From Azolla caroliniana (Eukaryota; Plantae; Polypodiophyta): a stretch of DNA of 64,000 bases. The translations under genes were made by a program, and so were the position numbers. This document shows positions 28,201 through 37,790 of the stretch, piece by piece. The stretch is from positions 2,356,001-2,420,000 of the forward strand of contig JBHGNT010000002.1 of assembly GCA_043228905.1 (NCBI GenBank). The letters run 5' to 3'. Under the pieces are notes generated by a model. It was not told the origin of the DNA. It saw nothing but the letters and a program-made list of their open reading frames with translations, and did not search any database. Within the stretch, counting starts at the first letter, position 1; each line of letters starts with the position of its first letter.

Positions 28201-28733
28201 CGTCTCCAAAGGGGGGTCGCCTTAGTGGTCACCAAAAGGTGTTGTATGTTTTAGGGTTAGGGTTAATGGTAATGATGATTGGTGATGGAGATGGTGTGTT
28301 TAATGAGGATGATGGGCATTATGGGATCAATGGTGAGAGAGACGACAAGCATTGAGAAACATTGTGGGGTGGGGGGTGGTGCCTAGAATGGCTCCACCCC
28401 CCTCCCAAGGGGGTTCAACGTTAAGGGGAGGGAAGAGAGAGATGAAAAGAGAGAGATTGAGAGAGAAATGGTTACTCAGGTTTCATTCATTCCCCATAAG
28501 GGGTTAAATAATACAAGAGGGGGTAGATACATAGGGGTGTAAGCCCCCTCGAGCATTCATACTGGACACTCACTCACACCTCCTCGTATCCATCCACATG
28601 CACACATGTGTGCATGTGTTCACATACGTATAGACTCACAATTACATTTATGCCCCATACACCACAACATCATGATAACATTCGACCCTCGCTCATCACA
28701 CTTGACTCTCCATACATCTCGTACGGGGTAACA
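25217..28733 (+). mobile_element. LTR element B (non-autonomous, Tat-like tRNA-Arg PBS) nested in the LTR of element A
   Basis: LTRs 25217-25687 (5' end clipped) and ~28240-28733, both ending ggggtaaca; PBS-like tggcatgcccgtggga 25693-25708; PPT-like aaagggggg 28208-28216; CT-rich interior without gag/pol. Confidence 0.8.
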
Positions 28734-29892
28734 ACGGCTGAAGTGACGCACTAATGTGTTTAGAGTGAGAGAGAGAGAAACGGAAATTGAGGAAATTTTT
28801 AAGATAGATAGGTAGATAGATACACATCACCAATAAGATAACGAAGTTTTCTTATTATTAATTTTCGATTTGATACATAGATTGATTCATAGATTGTTCG
28901 ATTCATCCATTGATTGATCCCCCCCCATTACACAAGCCTTACAAGGGTTTTTATAGGTTTATCTATACTTCTAACATGCACAAAACCATGGGCTTGAACC
29001 CATGGTTTTCGGGCACACGGTTTTCCTTGTGGCATGCACAAAACCATAGGCTAAAACCATGGTTTTGTGTATACGGTTTTGTATGTTTGTTTCCTATTGA
29101 ATGCTAAAAATGAGAAGGAAATATACAAAATCTAAAGCACTTAGTAGTAGCTTTAGTGGTAAGATAATTGCTTCCTATCTTAGAAGTGCAAGGTTGAAAT
29201 CTTGCTTGTACCCTACCCTTCTATATGCACTTGAATGTCATCAGACCGTAGGCTAATTTTCATATTTATAATCATGTGTATAATGTGTGTGGAGCCACAC
29301 TATTTCACAATTTCTCCCATTGGACACAGAACATCACGACACCGTAATCCGATGTCGTGCATCAGATTTCGGATGCAAGCCTATAGTGAAGACAACTACA
29401 GTTGGTAAAATTGGGGCCAAGAAAAAAAGCATCTTTAAAGAATCTTTTGGAATCTTTGTATTTAGGTTAATATAACATATCTGGCAATTTTCTTTCCCTT
29501 GTTCATGTTAACTACTTGGCCACGTGTGTAGAAAAATGCGAAAATCAAGAGTGCTGACTTATTTGTGCTCCTGAGCTCTTCAACTTCTTAAGTGTGATAA
29601 TAACAAAGAGGGGAAGACCTTCCTTATATTGTGAAATGCTCTCAAGAATAGCCTCCATTTCATTATGTCTCAAGTTACACTTTATAGACTCTCTCTTAGC
29701 GTGGAGGGTGTTCTCCCGCTCCAATTAGCTCTACTAATTATGGGGCTTGGTGGGGGCCTAGTTTGGGTGTGGTGCATGAGGCTTGGTAGGGGCCTAATTT
29801 GGGTGTGGTCTATGTGTGGTGCATGGGGCTTGGTAGGGGCCTAATCTAGGTGTGGTCCATGTGACCACCACAATTCCCCCTTGTAAAAAAAG

Positions 29893-32800
29893 TTACTGTG
29901 CAGTCGAAGCGCGACGAGGCGTGGACGACGGTTCCAGACGGGGGGATGACACGGGCGTGGGCGTAGGCATGAGTGTGGGCGGGGGCGGTGGTAGTTGATG
30001 GAAGGGCTTCATGCGAGACTGGTGAGCAAAGGTAGAGCGGTTGTTGGAGGCGCGGCGGAGCAGGTATGTAGTGTCGCGTATCTGCTTTTGAACTTCGAAG
30101 GGACCGATCCATCGGTGCATGAGCGATTCGCTGAGACCGCGACTTTGTCACCGACGTGGTATTGATGGTCGACACGGCCTATATCGTGTTGTCGTTTTTG
30201 GCGTAGTTGTGCCTGGTGCAGGTTGCTCGTGATGGCTTTGCGGAGGAGGGGCTGGAGTTGTTGTAGGTGGGACCACCAAGACACTGCGTCAGCGTGGAGT
30301 CGTGTGGTTGGTTGCGGGACTGCCACTTCTGGGGGTAAGCGCGGGTCCCTTCCATAAAGGGCCCGAAATGGGCTAATGCGGGTAGAGGCTTGCACAGTTG
30401 TGTTGTAGGCATGCGTAACGAAGGGCAAGATTCGGTCCCAGGTTGAGTGCAGCGGATCGATGTAGGCTGAGATTTGTTGTTTTAAGGTTCGATTGAGGCG
30501 CTCCGTCAACCCATTCGTTTGCGGATGGTAGGGTGACGTGAATAACTGTTGGATTCCTAGTTGTGTTGAAACGAGGCGTAGGAGCTCACCGTTGAACTGG
30601 GGTCCTCGATCGGACAAGATTTGGAGTGGGCAACCGTGGGGGAAGATGATTTTCTCCAATAGTTTGGAGGCGATGGTCATAGCCTTTGCATCTGGGATAG
30701 CGGCCGTCTCAGCCCAACGCGTCAAGTACTCGGTGATGACAAGGATGAATTTGTTCCCTCCTTGTGACTCGGGAAAGGGGCCCATAATGTCCCATCCGAC
30801 GATTTCAAATGGAGCTTGAACTTGTATCGGATGTAAGAGGCCTTGAGCCACTTGAGGTGATTTGATGGCCTGACATAAGTTGCATGCTTTGATGTAGGAG
30901 GCGACCTCGTGGCGTAGCCCAGGCCAATAGAATTTGCGACGAATTTTGTCGAGCACCTTATGAAAACCCAAGTGGCCGGACAACGGGTGATCGTGGAAGA
31001 AACGAAGGTAAGACTGGCGTAGTTGCTCAGGCACGTAGACTCGGGGTTCTTTGCCTACTTGACAAAAAAGTAGGACATTATCCTGGATCATGAATTGCTT
31101 GGTGAGGGATGATGTCGGTTCAGCTCGTAGGCGGTGGCAGATATCTTGGATTTGTTTGTCGTGTTGTTGCATGTTGGCCATTTGGGACGAGGATATGGGG
31201 AAATCGATTGTGTTGGAGGTGATCTGGTTCGCCTGAAAGGATATGCGGGATAATCCATCGGCGACGATGTTTTGTGGACCATGGCGATAGTGCAGAGTGA
31301 ATGTGTAATCCTGTAGCGCCAAAACCCAACGAAGTAAGCGGCCGGGTGGATGAGCCTTCTTTATGAGGGAGAGCAGTGGCTGATGGTCGGTTTCGACTGA
31401 TGTATTTGATCCGTGAAGGTATGGGTGGAAACGATGGAATGCCCAGACGATGGCGAGGAACTCTTTTTCAGTTGTCGAGTAATTTTGTTCGGCTTTGGTA
31501 AGTGACCGACTGATGTAGGCAATCAGGCGGAGTTGGTCGTTGTCGTCGGATTGGAGCAGGACCACACCAAGGACGACATTGGAGGCATCCGTCTGCAGAT
31601 GGAAAGGCTTCGTGAAATCAGGGTGGGCCAGGAGGTCAGAGGCTTGGAGTGTTCTCTTGAGCTGCAGGAAGCTGGATTCGCAGGCTTCGGTCCACAGGAA
31701 GGGTGCGTCTTTTTGTAGGAGCACGCGTAGTGGGGCTGACAGGTCGGCTAGCCGTGGGATGAAACGAAGAGAGAACGTGAGGAGGCCGAGGAAGCGTTGA
31801 AGCTGCTTGACTGTGGTGGGGCGTGGGAATTTTTGGACTGCTTCTGTCTTCTCCGGGTCCATTTGTATTCCGTCGGAGGAGATGACGTACCCAAGGAAGC
31901 AGAGGCACGTACTACCCCATCGGCACTTCTTCCATTGCAGCTGCAATCGATAGCGTTGAACACAAGTTAGGACCTCCCGAAGGACTTGAAGGTGTTCTGC
32001 CCAAGTGCTTGTATGTACCAGAATATCGTCTAGATAGACGATGACGACACGACGGGTGATGAGATCATCGAAGATGGCATTAGCCATTCGCTGGAATGTG
32101 CTCCCCGCATCAGATAGGCCAAAGGGCATCCGTGTGAACTGAAAAATGCCTTTCCTAGTGCGGAATGCAGTTTTGTGGGCATCGTGAGGATTCATCGGGA
32201 TCTGCCAATATCCCGAGGCTAGATCGAGGGAGGTGAAGTACTTTGATTTGCCAAGCTGGTCGAGGAGGTCATCGATACGAGGGAGAGGGTATCGGTCATG
32301 GGTGGTGACATGGTTCAGTTGTCGGAAGTCGACACAAAAGCGGTAAGAACCATCCCCTTTCTTTACCATGTGTGGCTCCGAGATCCACTCGCTCTTGGAA
32401 GGTGTGATAATCCCTTGTTGGAGCATAGTTTTGATGGCGTTGTCGATGCGCTCGTGGTCGAGAGGCGAGCGACGTCGGGGAGCTGCGTTGATGGGGCGGG
32501 CGTTGCCTGTAGGAATCGTGTGGTGAATCGGAAAACAGACCGAGGGAGGTTTTACAGGTGGTGTAGACAACGAGGGAAAGGTGGCGAGGAGCCGTCTGAT
32601 GTCGTTGATGCGCTCCGCCGGTGATATCAGGTACTGTGTGTTGCTGATGTGGGTGGTATCCCGCGGAGCAGTGAAGAGCGCGATCGGAATGTGATTTGGG
32701 AGGATGAGCTGTTGTGCGGAGAAATCGAGACAGGCTTGACTATGGAGGAACCAATCACATCCCAAGGTGATTGGGAACAACTGGCGCGGGAGGACGTAGA

Positions 32801-33152
32801 AACGATGGTGGATCTGGGCGGAACTAATGGTGAGCATGCACCTGACTTGCGTATGTGAGTGGTACACCCGTTGTTGGTCGCCGAAGAGGATTTTAATGGG
32901 CGGTGCGTGGCTCGTGGGAAGTTGTAATTGGGTGACTAAATCTGCGCTGATGGAAGAGATGTTGTTGCCGGAGTCGAGGAGAACTTCTTGGGTCGTGTGC
33001 TGGAGGCGGGCGATTGTGGTACAAACGGGCGAAGTTGATGAAGTGGAGGCGTGGACGTGCGGGGGCGGCTCGATCGTGGGAGAAACGGGAGAAGTTGAGG
33101 ACGTGGAGACGTGGACGTGCGGGGGCGGCTCTCCCTGCGGCACCCCGCGCAT
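29893..33152 (-). CDS. pol: Gypsy pol (PR-RT-RH-IN) of element D; frameshift near the GPF module; no chromodomain
   Basis: LLDSG protease, YLDD RT, TDAS RNase H, HHCC (H..GHLG..C..C), integrase core SDRG/TNGLTER; RWIGPFEV continues in another frame (29893-30120). Confidence 0.92.
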
Positions 33153-34102
33153 TAGTTTTCCGGGAGCTCAGAGAGGGAGGCAGCGTCAGCTAATTGGACG
33201 TTCTGCTTCTGTTGGTGATTCTGCCACTTTCGGCAGTGACGCCGAATGTGGCCATAGTTGTTGCAGTAGAAACATTTGGGGCGTCCCTGGCTGTCTCGTT
33301 CGGGCAATGCACGCTTGGCCCGTAATTGCGCGTTCTGGATGTCGATGTCCATGGGAGTGATGGCTGGTATAGTGTTTGTATGATCATGACTGAGATTACC
33401 TGGTGTGTGCATGTCGTGCGCGTTTGCAGCTTCGATGCGTTGGGCAGTGAGGATGGCTTCGTGTAGTGTCGTCGGGCCTTGATCGCGTACACGGCGGCAG
33501 AGGTCATGTCGTATACGCGGCCAGAAAAAAAACAACTTCATGTCCTCCGACATGTTGGCGTCAGCCCGGCGTAGGATCTACACAAAACGAACCGCGAACT
33601 GGGTGATGGGTTCGCGTGGTTGTTGGGTAATTGACTCAAGTTGTTGTAGGGCCGTCTGGCGGGAGTCTTGATGAGCAAAATTTCGAATCATGGCTGCCCG
33701 TAGCAGATCCCAGTCGTTGCGTGTCTCTTCGGGTTGTTGTACAAGCCATGTTGCCGCGATATTCTCGAGGAGTGTCTTCATCTCCATTGCCTTCCGAGGG
33801 TGTGGCCATTGGTGGTAACTGGCCACCATTTCGAAATGATCCAGCCAAGAGAGGACGTCTTCCGATGGTAGGCCGGAGAACGGTTTTGGGCGAACTCGAG
33901 AGTCCGGGAGATTTTGTTGTGGCTCGGATCGTGCTGAAAGAAAGGACAACATGGCTTGGTTAGTATGGTTAACTTGTAAAATGATGTTGGACAGAGCTTG
34001 AACCAGTTGGTCGATTGGCGATGTGGGCTGGTGTCCTTGATTGTGTTGTAGGAATTCCGGATTCATCGAGTTTGCGTTGCCGTCGTTGTTGTCGTGTTGC
34101 AT
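33152..34102 (-). CDS. gag: Gypsy gag of element D with one in-frame TAG (33578-33580)
   Basis: RPKPFSG..EDV.SWL, PMDID, zinc knuckle CFYCNNYGHIRRHC; ORFs 33578-34273 and 33152-33553 are in the same frame. Confidence 0.85.
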
Positions 34103-34583
34103 CGTGGCGGGCGTTGTTGGGGTCGTGAGTTGGGGTGGCTTGGCCCGTCTTCTCCACCAAGATGTGAAATGCTCTAGATGTGAAATGCTCTCAAGAATAG
34201 CCTCCATTTCATTATGTCTCAAGTTACACTTTATAGACTCTCTCTTAGCGTGGAGGGTGTTCTCCCGCTCCAATTAGCTCTACTAATTATGGGGCTTGGT
34301 GGGGGCCTAGTTTGGGTGTGGTGCATGAGGCTTGGTAGGGGCCTAATTTGGGTGTGGTCTATGTGTGGTGCATGGGGCTTGGTAGGGGCCTAATCTAGGT
34401 GTGGTCCATGTGACCACCACAATATAGTAGAATAAAAAATTAGTAAAAAAATTAGAAAACATATAGAGAAAACAAGTCTTGATGAAAAGTGGTTCTATTA
34501 TATGGTGATTACCAAATATGTTGTTTATTTTCTAGCAACCCTACTACTTTTTAAACTTCTTGATCTCGACGTAAATAAACAAA

Positions 34584-37500
34584 ATGTCATCAAATTCTAC
34601 TAGAAGTTCCTTATTTTTTATAAACCCTTTTACATTATCTAATAACTCCCTATTCTCAATTGAAGAGTACAACTATCTCGGTGTAGGAAACGGCCAACAT
34701 CAACGGTTGACTTCTGATATTATGCATAGCTCAAATTCATTTTTCTTGATCGAGCCTGTCAACTCCCGTGGTTTCCAAATGAGCAAATGGTGTGCAAAAA
34801 GTGACAAGGTTGATACATCTAGTAATGAGGCTTGCATAACTAAACCTCTCAATTTCAAAAGAATTCCTCGACAAGTGAATGCCAAAAGATTTAACTTCTT
34901 GACTTCGGATCATCAAATTGCAATAGATACAAACAAATCATGTTGTGGAAGTCTATGTCTTACTAAGTTTGGCAAGACAAACCTAAAGCTATTATGAGAA
35001 AAGTACTGATCACTTAAAGGTGAAGAACAATATATTTTTTTGATTTCACATATGCAACTAATTTTAGACCACATAGTAGCGGCTAATTCAACACATGTTG
35101 AATATTACCTTACACTTTGTACTAAATGTTGTCGAGATGATTTAAAAATTGCTTATATCATTGGTAATATGAGGCTACATCGAATTCAACAACGTTTAGT
35201 AAAAGGATCGTGGGGGCCTTTCGACAAGAATATAGCTGGATCTAAGGGTCTAATTGGGCCCCATGCTATTAGGTGGATGGAGATATATTTCTCGAAGCAA
35301 TGTGATGTTATGCCTACAACTGGAAGATTGCATTTGCCTGATAACTTTACTCGTCATGAGGTATACCAAGCATATAAGGATGACATATTGTTAGAAATTG
35401 TACCTTACGTACAATATCAACATTTCAATCGATTATGGAAGTTACAGTTAACAATGTGGTTATACTTCGTAAGGTTTGGATGGGTGTTTGTTAAGTTTGG
35501 CAAGTTTAAAAAGCATGGCAAAGAGTGGGAGAAATGATGAAGAAATAAAAAATTATAAGAATCTATTGAAAGAACATCGTGAAAGTGAAGCCTTGGAACG
35601 TTCAAAAGCTATGCACCACTGACAAAAAGTGATTCAATCACCAGAAAGTATATGTGCTTGATTATAGATGGCATGGATAAGAAGATGACTTGTTTGTCGC
35701 ACTTTCAAAGGTTGCCTAAGGACATTGGCGATGAATGCCTTGTTCAAATGCATTTAGTAGGTTATTTGTCGTTCTGTTAGGCAATAACGCCTCAAGTCTT
35801 CTTGACTTATCCTAATATCTACAATGATCCTAATCTTATTGTGACAGTCATACAAAGAGTGTTACAGTCCTGGCAAGGTATCCTCCCGCCAATTCTATAT
35901 CTGCAACTTGACCACAGAGCCAAAGAAAACAAAAACTTGACTGTTTTCGATTATTTAAGCATGCTTGTAGAGAAGGGGATATTTAAGAAGATTAAGGTGA
36001 AATTCTTACTAGTTGGTCATACCCATGATCATATAGATCAAATGTTTATTAGGTTCTCAAAGAAATTAGCAAGATGTGATGCTTTTACGCTTTCGGCGCT
36101 ATCAAAGTTGATCATAGAAACTTATACCCCAAAGCTAGAAGTACAACATCTGAATGAGGTGTATGATTTTAAATGATTCTGCAATAATATAAGTTTTAAC
36201 CATGTTTTCCTCATAAAATAAAGTTATAAAAGCCACAACACGACATTGTTGTATGCCAAACAATACTCATCTAGCTCACAATGGGAGCCACAACAGGGTT
36301 GTAGGCTATTATTGAGCTTTCTAGATGCGGAAATCCATGTTGCAAAACAAATGCAGTATGACGATCATAAGAAAAATGGCTTTTGATAGTTCAAATAATG
36401 AGTAAAAGATATATTGGATGCGATGGCTTGAAGAGAAACAAAAAAATATTGAGCGCACCGAGAAATATGCTATTGATCAAAATGTTGACTGGTGGAGTAA
36501 TTTGTTCAACCATCAGCATACGATTCTAGATAACCACCTTGTTGGATACTGGCCACTTCAATATTTGTTCACATGGAATATTGGTGTAGGATCCTTGGTG
36601 TCCATGACTCGTCATCATTCATTAGAAAATACCGAACTTAATAATCTAGTTTGCCCACGACAAAGAGATATTGCATGTGGAACCAAGAATATCACGTACT
36701 GTAGAGGCAAGATGGCAAGGCAATTTGCATGAGCTACAAGTTGGTATGTTGGTTGCAACATTAACTGGGGGGTGATGAGTTGGGCCATCCCTTTTGGATT
36801 GCGAAAATTCTTGAAATGATTAAGGATGAAGAAGGCAATCAAGTTCAGTCCATTGTGGTTCATTGGTATCATACATGTTCCCAAGATGCATTTACTAGGA
36901 AGTACTCTTTAGAGATGGTTAAGGATGTCAGAGGCGCAAGCAGAAAGCCGTCACGGGTAGATCATAAGCCCAAGAAACTAGAAAGAAGATAACCAAATGG
37001 ATGAGTGGTATTAACTGAAAGACTCCATAACTGGTGTTGTTCACCCAATGAATTCCTTCAAGGTGAACTCAACTATTTATACTAAGCGGCATGCATACCT
37101 ATTGCACGCATGTGATACAATAGAGCATGTAGGTATGCATGCTTGTCCCAAGTGTAAATAATACAAGGGAGCAACTTCCCAAGTGTAAATAATACAAGGT
37201 TCAGCAACTATGCACATAATGCTAGTCAAAAACTACAAGGAGCAATTATACACATGATTGTATACTAGATATGTTGGTTATCACATAACACTGGATTATA
37301 ACATGGTCATGTCAAGACTTCGAATCTTGACAAAAGCGGAGAAGAAAGAATACACATTATATGTTATATGTTGGTTATCACATATACTAGATATGGTGGT
37401 TATCACATAACACTAGATTATAACATGGTCATGTCAAGAGTTCGAATCTTGACAAAAACGGAGAAGAAAGAATCTATTGCACACGTCTATTCTCATGTCA

Positions 37501-37790
37501 GTTGATAATGTAGACATATTAGTGTATGACTTCTCCTTGACCAAAACAGGTCATCTAAGATAGACCACGATCAAGATAATAAAAGAGAAGATCCCAAATG
37601 TGTCTCTCAACACGATGCAAGGGCGAACAAGGAGCATGTCTCATAATCACGATGGCGTTGGATTGCAATTGGATGATGGAGACAAAGACAATGTGTTGGT
37701 TGCTAGTGATGTGATGATGAGGATGAGACCTCACAAAGCTCTTCTAGTTCATCGGCTGGGTCTGAAAATGATGGCATAGCTTTGGGAAGT
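34584..37790 (+). pseudogene. Sola-like (DUF7869-type) DDD transposase with N-terminal Cys motifs and a C-terminal BAH/Tudor-like domain, disrupted
   Basis: SCCGSLCL; CDVMPTTGRLHLP; F.RLWK; catalytic motifs IIDGMD (35661-35678), LQLDH.AKENKN (~35901-35936), FLLVGHTHDHIDQMF (~36003-36047); C-terminal PFWIAKI...IVVHWY...ILVYDFSLTKTGHL; acidic tail. Confidence 0.85.
36949..37332. mobile_element. Solo LTR in the transposase C-terminus, followed by a ~120-bp local duplication
   Basis: (c)gtcacgg...cttgaca flanked by the 5-bp TSD aaagc; the transposase frame (RKRRRKN) resumes after it; the LTR end plus flank is repeated to ~37473. Confidence 0.75.

Larger units (their letters stand above)
22838..29341 (-). 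mobile_element. LTR element A (non-autonomous, tRNA-Trp PBS); its 5' LTR is interrupted by element B
   Basis: 3' LTR 22838-23504 (end clipped); 5' LTR 25114-25216 + 28734-29341; PBS tggtgaacccgacgtgaa (25091-25108, minus) complementary to the plant tRNA-Trp 3' end; PPT tttggtgggggtgga (23505-23519, minus). Confidence 0.85.
29630..34421 (-). mobile_element. Ty3/Gypsy LTR retrotransposon D, full length and recent
   Basis: Two 243-bp LTRs (29630-29872, 34179-34421), identical by eye, TG...CA; 4-bp TSD atat; PBS tggtggagaagacggg (34144-34159, tRNA-Ala-like); PPT caagggggaat next to the left LTR. Confidence 0.95.

Noticed and set aside
26085-28225. Many overlapping plus-strand ORFs (up to 236 aa)
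   Set aside because: Artefact of stop-poor CT-rich low-complexity sequence inside element B; no domain motifs.
28207-28239. Minus-strand PBS (tggtgaccac) for element B
   Set aside because: Only ~6 nt match a tRNA end, whereas the plus-strand motif matches tRNA-Arg over ~16 nt and recurs in element C.
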